Shown here piece by piece: positions 1 to 8,594 of a stretch of 19,900 nt of DNA. A program made the position numbers and the translations under genes. A model generated the notes under the pieces. It saw nothing but the letters and a program-made list of their open reading frames with translations. It ran no database searches and was not told the origin of the DNA. Every line of letters begins with the position of its first letter. Position 1 is the stretch's first letter. Source of the stretch: Candidatus Hodarchaeota archaeon (lineage in GTDB: Archaea > Asgardarchaeota > Lokiarchaeia > Sigyniarchaeales > SOKP01); the NCBI GenBank assembly GCA_048887225.1, contig JBHLJY010000033.1, positions 1-19,900 of the forward strand, written 5' to 3'.

Positions 1-2
1 AT

Positions 3-1559
3 ATGGAAAAAATTGTTGTTGTGGATTTTGGTGGACAATATTGCCATCTCATCGCTAGAAGAGTAAGAGAGTTAGGTGTATTTACTGAAATTATACCGTA
101 TGATACAGATCTTAACAAATTAATAGAATTAAAACCCAAAGCAATAATTCTTTCAGGGGGACCTAACAGCATTTATGATGATAGAAGTCCAAAATTAAAG
201 AAAAACTTTTTTAGGTATATAATAAAAAATAAAATCCCTGTTTTAGGTATTTGTTATGGACATCACTTAATAATTCATCAACTTGGAGGTAAAATTGAAC
301 CCCACGATTATAAAGAATATGGAAAAACATATTTAGAAATTATAGAGAATGGTATATTATTGAAATCATTAAATCAAGATGAAATTGTATGGATGTCTCA
401 TGGAGATCAAATAACAGACCTTCCAAAAGGATTTAATCCTCTTGCTAAAACTAAGACTTGTCCAATAGCTGCTTATGGAAATGAAGGTAAAAAACTCTAT
501 GGTGTTCAATTTCATCCTGAAGTTGGTCATACATCAAAAGGAAAAAAAATTCTTGAAAACTTTATAGATATTGCTGGTTGTAATAGAGATTGGAAATTGG
601 AAAATTGGATTGATAAAGCAATCGAAAAGATAAAGAAAAAAGTAGGACCAAAAAAACGAGTTATTTTAGGATTAAGTGGAGGAGTTGATTCATCTGTCAC
701 CGCTATGCTATTTCATAAAGCAATCGATGATAGATTACATTGCATTTTTGTAAATAACGGTGTGCTTCGTAAAAATGAAGAGAATGAAGTTCAAGATACG
801 TTCCGTGATAAATTAGGATTCTCTAACTTTCATTATATAAATGCAGAAGAATTGTTTTTAGACAGATTAAAAAATATAGATGATCCCGAAGAAAAACGTA
901 AAATTATTGGATTTACATTTATCGAAGTTTTCGAAAAGAAAACAATAGAATTAGAACAAAAATACCCTAATATAAAATATCTAGCACAAGGAACCATTTA
1001 TCCAGATAGAATAGAAACTGCTGCTATAAGTAAATCAGCAGCAAAAATTAAATCCCACCATAATCTAACTTTACCGGATGATATGACGCTTGAAATAATT
1101 GAACCACTTAAAGATTTATATAAGGATGAAGTCAGACAAATTGGCTTAAAATTAGGACTTTTTGAAGACATAATTTATCGTCATCCATTTCCAGGACCAG
1201 GGCTTGCGGTTAGAATATTAGGAGTTATTGATAAGGAAAGATTAGATATTTTAAGAGATGCAGATACAATACTCATTGAAGAAATAAAGAAAGCGGGAAT
1301 ATATAAAATATTATGGCAAGCTTTTTGTGTATTTTTGCCATTGAAAACAGTTGGAATTATGGGTGATTATCGCACTTATGATTATATATGCTCAATTAGA
1401 ATCGTCGAGTCTCTTGATGCCATGACAGCTAATTTTGCTAAAATTAATTGGAATTTATTAGAAAGAATTGGAACTCGTATTGTGAATGAAGTCAGAGGAA
1501 TTAATCGAGTTGTCTATGACATTTCGAACAAACCACCAAGTACAATAGAATATGAATAA
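3..1559 (+). CDS. guaA: GMP synthase (glutamine-hydrolysing), fused class I GATase + ATP-pyrophosphatase domains
   Basis: N-terminal VVDFGGQY, SGGP, catalytic LGICYG, VWMSHGD and QFHPEV; PP-loop LSGGVDSS; AQGTIYPD, IKSHHN, RHPFPGPGLAVR; C-terminal KPPSTIEYE. The start lies at the window edge. Confidence 0.98.
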   Translation: MEKIVVVDFGGQYCHLIARRVRELGVFTEIIPYDTDLNKLIELKPKAIILSGGPNSIYDDRSPKLKKNFFRYIIKNKIPVLGICYGHHLIIHQLGGKIEPHDYKEYGKTYLEIIENGILLKSLNQDEIVWMSHGDQITDLPKGFNPLAKTKTCPIAAYGNEGKKLYGVQFHPEVGHTSKGKKILENFIDIAGCNRDWKLENWIDKAIEKIKKKVGPKKRVILGLSGGVDSSVTAMLFHKAIDDRLHCIFVNNGVLRKNEENEVQDTFRDKLGFSNFHYINAEELFLDRLKNIDDPEEKRKIIGFTFIEVFEKKTIELEQKYPNIKYLAQGTIYPDRIETAAISKSAAKIKSHHNLTLPDDMTLEIIEPLKDLYKDEVRQIGLKLGLFEDIIYRHPFPGPGLAVRILGVIDKERLDILRDADTILIEEIKKAGIYKILWQAFCVFLPLKTVGIMGDYRTYDYICSIRIVESLDAMTANFAKINWNLLERIGTRIVNEVRGINRVVYDISNKPPSTIEYE

Positions 1560-1696
1560 TCAAACCTACAATAATGATTAAAAATAAGATAAAAAATGAA
1601 TTTAATAATTTCCCGAGTAAATCTATTTTCTAACTTGTTCAATAAAAGAAGAATAAAAATAAATTATTAAGATTGATCTACATTATTAGATGAGAA

Positions 1697-4297
1697 ATGG
1701 ACGAGTTATCTTTTAGTACCGGAATACCTTCATTGGATCAAATCTTACATGGAATCAAACCAGGAGATAATGTTGTTTTTCAAGTTGATTCCATAGATGA
1801 CTATGTTCCCTTTGTTCACGCCTTTTGTAATGATAATGATAAAAATGATCGTGTGTTGGTATATTTTCGGTTTGCTGAACATGAATCATTAATCCCCAAA
1901 GAAATTAGCGCCGAGATATTCGAGCTTAAACCAGAACAGGGATTTGAACATTTCATTGATGAAATACTAAAAGTAATTGAAAAGTTTGGACGTGGTGCAT
2001 GTTATGTTTTTGATTCTTTAAGTGAACTAGCTGTGGACTGGTATAGTGATAGGATGGTTGCGAATTTCTTCATGCTAACATGCCCTTATCTTTTTGATTT
2101 TGAAACGGGAACCTATTTCGCTTTGTTGAGAAACCGTCATAGTCAATATACTATATCAAGGATACATGAGACTGCTCAAATTATTCTAGATATTTATAAA
2201 AAAAGGGGAATATTCTTTTTACAACCATTAAAAGTATGGAAACGGCACTCACCAACAATGTATATGCTACATGCGATGAAAGACGATTTTTTAATTCCAG
2301 TTATTAGAAGCGCAGAAGTTTCTGAAATTTTAGCGGAATATGCTCAGCCATGGGTGGATTTTACTACTAAAATCCAAGATATATGGGCACAGACTTTTAA
2401 TCAAGCGTATGAATTGTTAAGAGAGTTTGAGCATGATAGGTGTGATTTTACTGATTTAGAAAAATTAAAAGATAAGATAATTAGAATGGCAATAACGCGG
2501 GACCCAAAATTATTTAAAAGTGTAAAAAATTATTTTGATTTAAAAGATCTGATTGATATAGGGCGCCGAATGATTGGAACTGGACTAATTGGTGGGAAAT
2601 CAGTGGGGATGCTATTAGCTCAAGCAATATTAAAAAAGGCCAATCCTAAATGGGATAAGAAACTGGAAAGGCATGACTCATTTTTTATAGGTTCAGATGT
2701 TTTTTATACCTATCTAGTTATTAATGGTTGTTGGTGGATAAGATATAAAATTCGGAAGAGTGAAAATTTTCTTGATTTAGCGTCTCAAGCTCGTGAAATT
2801 TTGGAAAACGGAAAGTTTCCTGATGATATTATAGAACAATTTAAAAATATGCTTAATTATTTTGGACAATCGCCAATTATAGTAAGAAGCAGTAGTTTGT
2901 TAGAAGATGCTTATGGTAACGCTTTCTCGGGTAAATATGATAGTATATTTCTTGCGAATCAGGGTAATCCTGAAGAAAGACTTGAGGAATTTATCAATGC
3001 TGTAAGAAGCGTATATAAGAGTACTATGAGCAAAAGGGCATTGATTTATCGTGCTATACGAAATCTTTTAGATCAAGATGAACAAATGGCAATTTTAGTT
3101 CAGCGTGTTTCTGGATCTCCTTATGGAGATTTATTTTTTCCTCAATTAGCAGGTGTAGGATATTCTTTTAATCCATACATTTGGAATAAGGATATTAAAC
3201 CTGAAGCTGGTTTAATTCGATTAGTTTTTGGTTTAGGCACTAGGGCAGTTGAGAGATATGACGATGATTACACTCGAATTGTGGCCTTGAGTGCTCCAGA
3301 TAAAAGACCTGAAGCCTCGTTTGATGAAAAACAAAAATTCAATCAAAGAAAAGTTGATTTACTCCATTTGAAAAAAAATGAATTTATTACAAGATATTTT
3401 GATGAAGTGATATTAGAATCTACTATTTTACCCATAGATTTTTTTGGGAGCAGAGATTATGAATCAGAAGCTAATTTCAGGAATCGTGGGAGGGAAAAAA
3501 TTATTTATTTCCTTGATTTGGACAAAAATATTATAAAAAGCGGAATAATAAATGATATGAGAGAAATTTTGCAGACCCTTTCTAATGTATATGAGTATCC
3601 AGTGGACATAGAGTTTACGATCAATTTTTTCGATGAATCCAAATATAAGATTTACATTCTTCAATGCCGCCCTTTTCAAGTAAAAAGTGGAACTGAAATA
3701 TTTGAAAAACCAGAGGATATTAAAGCTGAAGATATAATTTTAAAAACAAATGGTCCAATCATTGGACAGGGAATTGCTAAAAATGTTGATATCCTAATCT
3801 ATGTTGTGCCTGAGTATTATGGAAAGTTAGATAATCGTGAACGATATGCTATAGCACGCATTATTGGAAGATTAAATGTAATATTTAAATATTCGGATAA
3901 AAAAACAATCTTTCTTGCTGGACCTGGACGTTGGGCAACAACACAACCTTCACTCGGCGTACCAGTTGAGTTTCAAGATATTAATAGAGTATCAATTATC
4001 TGTGAAATTGCTGAGATGCATGAGAATTTATCTCCTGATGCGTCATTAGGAACTCATTTTTTTAACGATCTTGTTGAAAATGATATGCTCTATATGGCAA
4101 TTAATCCAAAAATGAAAATGGGAATTCTTAATAAAGAAAAATTAAATAATATGCCAAATAAATTTTTAGAATATTTGCCTGATGCTAATAAATATGATAA
4201 TATTATAAAGGTGATTGAACTCACGGAAGATGAAAAGAAAATAATAAAAATTTATGCAGATCCTGTCGAGCAAGTTGCAATTTTATATTTGGAATGA
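1697..4297 (+). CDS. PEP synthase/PPDK N-terminal (ATP-grasp) domain protein with a degenerate KaiC/RecA-like N-terminal domain; lacks the pyruvate-binding C-terminal barrel
   Basis: ATP-grasp motifs IGGKSVG, IIVRSSSLLEDAYGNAFSGKYDS, MAILVQ, VFGLGT, PVDIEF and IYILQCRP. N-terminus STGIPSLDQILHGI...VFDSLSEL resembles RAD55/KaiC folds without an intact P-loop. C-terminal GPGRWAT...GTHFF. Confidence 0.8.
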   Translation: MDELSFSTGIPSLDQILHGIKPGDNVVFQVDSIDDYVPFVHAFCNDNDKNDRVLVYFRFAEHESLIPKEISAEIFELKPEQGFEHFIDEILKVIEKFGRGACYVFDSLSELAVDWYSDRMVANFFMLTCPYLFDFETGTYFALLRNRHSQYTISRIHETAQIILDIYKKRGIFFLQPLKVWKRHSPTMYMLHAMKDDFLIPVIRSAEVSEILAEYAQPWVDFTTKIQDIWAQTFNQAYELLREFEHDRCDFTDLEKLKDKIIRMAITRDPKLFKSVKNYFDLKDLIDIGRRMIGTGLIGGKSVGMLLAQAILKKANPKWDKKLERHDSFFIGSDVFYTYLVINGCWWIRYKIRKSENFLDLASQAREILENGKFPDDIIEQFKNMLNYFGQSPIIVRSSSLLEDAYGNAFSGKYDSIFLANQGNPEERLEEFINAVRSVYKSTMSKRALIYRAIRNLLDQDEQMAILVQRVSGSPYGDLFFPQLAGVGYSFNPYIWNKDIKPEAGLIRLVFGLGTRAVERYDDDYTRIVALSAPDKRPEASFDEKQKFNQRKVDLLHLKKNEFITRYFDEVILESTILPIDFFGSRDYESEANFRNRGREKIIYFLDLDKNIIKSGIINDMREILQTLSNVYEYPVDIEFTINFFDESKYKIYILQCRPFQVKSGTEIFEKPEDIKAEDIILKTNGPIIGQGIAKNVDILIYVVPEYYGKLDNRERYAIARIIGRLNVIFKYSDKKTIFLAGPGRWATTQPSLGVPVEFQDINRVSIICEIAEMHENLSPDASLGTHFFNDLVENDMLYMAINPKMKMGILNKEKLNNMPNKFLEYLPDANKYDNIIKVIELTEDEKKIIKIYADPVEQVAILYLE

Positions 4298-4346
4298 TTT
4301 TTTTAAAATTTATTATTAATATATCCAATATATATTTTTTTTTCTG
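4298..4346 (+). terminator. Oligo-T tract, putative archaeal intrinsic terminator
   Basis: T7 run directly after the TGA stop at 4297 and a T9 run near 4335-4343. Confidence 0.4.
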
Positions 4347-4434
4347 AATGTTTTTCATTTTTTTTATAATTTAGTGAAATCTTTTTGGTTTCTCTTCTAA
4401 GAATTGTTAGTTTGTATTGAAAAAGTTAAAAAAA

Positions 4435-4451
4435 CAAAACATTTTTATATG
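4435..4451 (+). promoter_or_regulatory. Putative BRE/TATA promoter of the hdrBC-gltB operon
   Basis: A-rich caaaac followed by tttttatatg, roughly 75 nt upstream of the inferred coding start. The AT-rich background limits specificity. Confidence 0.35.
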
Positions 4452-4524
4452 GTATAGTAATATAATTAAATAAAGATAATATAACTCTGCTTGGAAAATA
4501 TAACCTTGTAAGAAGTGATGGAAA

Positions 4525-5874
4525 ATAACAATTCAGCAAGAAATTGTATTATTTCCAGGATGTATGATATCGTATCGTTTGCCTTTTATCGAAGTGTCAA
4601 TTAGGAAAGCGTTAGAATTTTTTGGAATCCAATTTAGTGAAAACTCAAAATTTTCATGTTGCCCTGAGCCAAATGGTATAAAAAATTCAGATGAATTAAT
4701 TTATTCAATTACGGCGGCAAGAAATTTAGCTCTTGCTGAGAATGATAATAGGAGTATTTTAACCCCATGTAACGGTTGTTTTGAAACTTTAAAAGGGATT
4801 AGATCTGAAATAAGATCTGATTTACACTTTCAAGATAAAATAAACTCATACCTTTTGAAAATAGATTTAAAAGCTATTGGAAAAAGTGACGTTTTCCATT
4901 TAGTTGAATTCTTTCATAATTTAGGAGGGGATACTATAAAAGATAATATAAAATATCCCTTAACAGGATTACGTGTCGCTGTTCATTATGGATGTCATTT
5001 TCTTAGACCGAGTAATAAAATACAAATGGATGATCCAATGGAGCCCCATATTTTCGATGAATTAATTACTGATTTGGGTGCAAAAAGCGTCGAATATGAC
5101 AGAAAAATGGATTGCTGTGGCGGAAGTTTGGCAAGGGCAGATAATCCTGATTCAGGAATGGAAATGATTCATACTAAATTGGAAATAATGAAAGAAAGGA
5201 GAATTGATTGTATTGTTGTGGGTTGTCCACAATGTTTTATTCAATTTGACCATATACAACAAGATTTAAAGAAATTAGATTATGAGTACGATATTCCTGT
5301 GTTGTATTATTCAGAATTATTATGTATTGCTTTAGGTATCGATATAAGGGATATAATAAAAAGATATCATAGAACTCCAGTGGATAAAATCTTCGAAAAA
5401 GTGGATTTAATTCATGAGAAGAATGAGGTAATAAAACAATATTTCGATTTAGAATTTTTAAAAAAATGTTATGGATGCGGAGCATGTAATAATGATTGCC
5501 CCGTAGCTAAAATAACGACATTTGACCCTAATATAATAGTTAAAAAAATTTTAGAAGGGAAAATTGATGAATTATTGAAAGATCCATCCATATGGATGTG
5601 TCTTGATTGTTACGTATGCTATGAACTTTGTCCAATGAGGGTTGGATTAGTCGAAATATTTACAATCTTACGAAATTTGGCAAAAGAAAGAGGTTTTATA
5701 ACAAAAGGTTTTGAAGGAGAATATAATTCCTTCAAAAAAATGGGGACTGTTACATTGTTCTCACATTCTGCTAGAAAAAGAGTAGGGCTATTATCTAAAA
5801 AACCTCAGCTTGATGATTTAAAAAAAATGCTTAATGAACTTCAAATTAAAAAAGAATTGGAGGAAAAAAGTTAA
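4525..5874 (+). CDS. hdrBC: Heterodisulfide reductase-like HdrB-HdrC fusion (two CCG domains followed by a 2x[4Fe-4S] HdrC-like domain); true start lies upstream of the ORF-track ATG at 4564
   Basis: CCG motif 1 is C-X31-CC-X35-CNGC, whose first Cys (IVLFPGC, TGT at 4561) precedes ATG 4564. CCG motif 2 is HYGC-X39-CCGG...GCPQC. C-terminal CYGCGACNNDCP and IWMCLDCYVCYELCP are HdrC-type. Start coordinate is uncertain (ATA 4525, ATT 4531, or frameshift from ATG 4518). Confidence 0.9.
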   Translation: MTIQQEIVLFPGCMISYRLPFIEVSIRKALEFFGIQFSENSKFSCCPEPNGIKNSDELIYSITAARNLALAENDNRSILTPCNGCFETLKGIRSEIRSDLHFQDKINSYLLKIDLKAIGKSDVFHLVEFFHNLGGDTIKDNIKYPLTGLRVAVHYGCHFLRPSNKIQMDDPMEPHIFDELITDLGAKSVEYDRKMDCCGGSLARADNPDSGMEMIHTKLEIMKERRIDCIVVGCPQCFIQFDHIQQDLKKLDYEYDIPVLYYSELLCIALGIDIRDIIKRYHRTPVDKIFEKVDLIHEKNEVIKQYFDLEFLKKCYGCGACNNDCPVAKITTFDPNIIVKKILEGKIDELLKDPSIWMCLDCYVCYELCPMRVGLVEIFTILRNLAKERGFITKGFEGEYNSFKKMGTVTLFSHSARKRVGLLSKKPQLDDLKKMLNELQIKKELEEKS

Positions 5875-5876
5875 AA

Positions 5877-7070
5877 ATGAGATGGGAGAATTATACAAGC
5901 CCTTCTAAAAAATTTAGAAATGAAAGAGTTTTTGATGGATGTGGGATAACAGGATTTATAAATATTGATGGAACTCTCTCGAAAGGAGAAAAAATCATAG
6001 ATATGTTGAGTATTTTGCATGATCGAGAAAATGGCCTTGGTGCAGGATTCGCGGGATATGGAATATATCCTCAATATAAAAATTTCTATGCATTCCATTT
6101 TCTGTTCGATAATGATAAAATTAGATCAAATGTAGAAGATTTTCTTGTATCAAAAGGAGTCATAATTTATTCTGAGCCAATTCCTACAAAAAAGTCCTCT
6201 AATGTTGATAATCCTCCTCTTACTTGGCGAATATTTTTCGATCCAAAAGAAAGAAAGAGTATATCTCCAGATGAACAAATTGTTCAATTAGTAATGGAAA
6301 TAAATGAAAAAATAGATGGAGCTTTTGTTATGTCTTCAGGAAAAAATATGGGTGTTTTTAAGGGTAATGGATGGTCCCATGAGATTGCTGAATATTATAA
6401 TTTAAAAGATTATGGAGCATATATGTGGTTAGGACATAGTCGTTTTCCTACAAACACACCAGGATGGTGGGGGGGAGCTCATCCATTTAATTTATTAGGA
6501 ACTTCGGTAATTCATAATGGTGAGATAACCTCTTATGGAACAAATATGAGATATTTAGAGTCTTTTGGCTATAAATGTACCCTATTTACAGATACAGAAG
6601 TCATCGCATATTTATTTGATTTATTAGTTAGAAGACATAATATTCCAATTCCTATTGCTAGCTTAGCTTTGGCTCCCCCACTTTTTAATGAAATTGAAAG
6701 AATGGATAAGAAATTTCAACTTGCTCTTAAAAATATCAGAGCCACTTATCGATCTGCTATGTTAAACGGTCCTTTTTCTATTGTGGTTGGGCAAAATGAT
6801 CCAATACCGACTCTAATTGGATTATCAGATAGAAAAAAATTAAGACCTTTAGTTGCTGCAATATCAGACCATGAAAATACTGTTTATCTGAGTAGTGAGG
6901 AAGCTTCATTTAAAAGATTAATGTTAGATACAAAAAATTCTTATAAATTCAAAGAGATTTGGCATCCTAAAAGCGGAACTGCTGTTGTAGCTAGATTAGG
7001 AGATGGACTTCTTCGAAATGGTCTTGAAACGCCATTTGAAAATTTAGAATTATCTGTAATAGGTGTTTAA
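5877..7070 (+). CDS. gltB1: Glutamate synthase glutamine amidotransferase subunit (class II/Ntn GATase, GltB domain 1)
   Basis: Propeptide then DGCGITG (Cys nucleophile after processing); RENGLGAGFAGYGIYP, GHSRFPTNTPGWWGGAHPF, HNGEITSYG, TDTEV, LNGPFS, DRKKLRP. Starts 2 nt after the hdrBC stop. Confidence 0.9.
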   Translation: MRWENYTSPSKKFRNERVFDGCGITGFINIDGTLSKGEKIIDMLSILHDRENGLGAGFAGYGIYPQYKNFYAFHFLFDNDKIRSNVEDFLVSKGVIIYSEPIPTKKSSNVDNPPLTWRIFFDPKERKSISPDEQIVQLVMEINEKIDGAFVMSSGKNMGVFKGNGWSHEIAEYYNLKDYGAYMWLGHSRFPTNTPGWWGGAHPFNLLGTSVIHNGEITSYGTNMRYLESFGYKCTLFTDTEVIAYLFDLLVRRHNIPIPIASLALAPPLFNEIERMDKKFQLALKNIRATYRSAMLNGPFSIVVGQNDPIPTLIGLSDRKKLRPLVAAISDHENTVYLSSEEASFKRLMLDTKNSYKFKEIWHPKSGTAVVARLGDGLLRNGLETPFENLELSVIGV

Positions 7071-7073
7071 AAA

Positions 7074-8594
7074 ATGTCTGTAAGTCATATTGTACCAACA
7101 TACTTTAGAGTAAATATTGATAGAGATTATTGTAAGAAATGTAAAAGATGTGTTCAGCATTGTAGTTATGGAGCTTTGAGTTTTAACGGAGAACGTATCA
7201 TTGCTGATGATACAAAATGTATTGCCTGTCAAAGATGTGTTACTATGTGCCCTGGTAAAGCAATTCAAGTTGTTCAAAATGAATCCTATTTGCCTCCTCA
7301 TGGACATTATACAAGAAGGATTCGTAATATAATTTGGGCTCAATCTGGTAATGGTGGAGTTTTACTTTCCGCTACTGGAAATGATAGACCAATCAGAACT
7401 ATATTTGATGATTTACTCCTCGATGCTTGTCAGGTTACAAATCCAGCAATAGACCCATTAAGAGAAACAATAGAGACTAAAGTGTTTTTTGGTCGGAAAC
7501 CAAGTAAACTTGAATTTTTGATGGATGAGAAGGATCCTGCAAAGGTGTCCTTAAAAACAGAATTCTATCCACATTTTGAGATTGATATGCCTATCATGGT
7601 AGGTCATATGAGCCTTGGCTCAATTAGTTATAATGCATGTATGGCCATATATCAAGCAGCAAAAGAACTAAATATTCTTTCAGGTTCTGGGGAAGGTGGT
7701 TTACATCCTGATTTTTATGAATACGGTCCAAATATTATTTCGGAAGTAGCTTCTGGCCGATTTGGAGTGGATGTTAATTATTTACATAATGTGGCAGGAT
7801 TAGAGATTAAAATTGGACAGGGTGCGAAACCAGGACATGGTGGACACTTGCCTGGTGAGAAAGTAAATAGCCTAATCTCTCAAACAAGAATGATCCCTAA
7901 AGGGTCGGATGCTCTTAGTCCTTACCCTCATCATGACATATATTCTATTGAGGATCTCGCACAATTAATAGCAGCATTAAAAGAGGCAACCCGGTATAGC
8001 GTTCCAGTTGGAGTAAAGATTGCTGCTGTCCATAATTCCGCACCTATAGCGATAGGCATTGTTCGGGGAGGGGCAGATTTCTTAACTCTTGATGGAATGA
8101 GAGGGGGTACTGGAGCAGCACCGAGAATTATTAGAGATCATGCTGGTATCCCAATTGAGTTAGCAATAGCTTCAGTAGACAGGAGATTGCGGGAAGAAGG
8201 GCTAAGAGATGAGATAACTCTTGTGGCAGGTGGTTCAATAAGGTATTCGGCAGATTTAATTAAAGCAATAGCGTTAGGTGCTGATGTAGGAATGTGTGCG
8301 TTACCTGTTTTAATTGCAATGGGATGTCGAGTTTGTCAGCAATGTTTTAGAGGCCTATGCTCATGGGGAATTGCAACACAACAAGAGTATCTTGTTAAAA
8401 GGCTCGATATTGATGTAGCAAGGAATCGTCTCATAAACCTTTTTCATAGCTGGAATGAAGAATTAAAAGAAGTGTTAGGAGCAATGGGAATTGATTCTGT
8501 CGAATCTCTTCGGTCAAATAGAGATAGATTAAGATATATTGGCCCAAATCCAAAAATTGCTGAAATATTAGGAGTAAAACATGCGGGAGAGTGA
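7074..8594 (+). CDS. gltB2: Archaeal-type glutamate synthase FMN subunit with N-terminal 2x[4Fe-4S] ferredoxin domain (GltB domain 2)
   Basis: CKKCKRCVQHC and CIACQRCVTMCP; MSLGSIS, SGEGG, VASGRFGV, EIKIGQGAKPGHGGHLPGEKV, PHHDIYSIEDL, DGMRGGTGAAP; Fe-S motif GCRVCQQCFRGLCSWG. Confidence 0.95.
   Translation: MSVSHIVPTYFRVNIDRDYCKKCKRCVQHCSYGALSFNGERIIADDTKCIACQRCVTMCPGKAIQVVQNESYLPPHGHYTRRIRNIIWAQSGNGGVLLSATGNDRPIRTIFDDLLLDACQVTNPAIDPLRETIETKVFFGRKPSKLEFLMDEKDPAKVSLKTEFYPHFEIDMPIMVGHMSLGSISYNACMAIYQAAKELNILSGSGEGGLHPDFYEYGPNIISEVASGRFGVDVNYLHNVAGLEIKIGQGAKPGHGGHLPGEKVNSLISQTRMIPKGSDALSPYPHHDIYSIEDLAQLIAALKEATRYSVPVGVKIAAVHNSAPIAIGIVRGGADFLTLDGMRGGTGAAPRIIRDHAGIPIELAIASVDRRLREEGLRDEITLVAGGSIRYSADLIKAIALGADVGMCALPVLIAMGCRVCQQCFRGLCSWGIATQQEYLVKRLDIDVARNRLINLFHSWNEELKEVLGAMGIDSVESLRSNRDRLRYIGPNPKIAEILGVKHAGE

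Noticed and set aside
1697-4297. Annotation as ppsA/ppdK
   Set aside because: No C-terminal PEP/pyruvate-binding barrel and no canonical GGxTSHAA phospho-His motif.
4501-4563. In-frame TGA at 4516 upstream of hdrBC as a possible selenocysteine codon
   Set aside because: An in-frame TAA lies at 4501-4503 with no start codon between it and the TGA, and the TGA does not align with a Cys position of HdrB.
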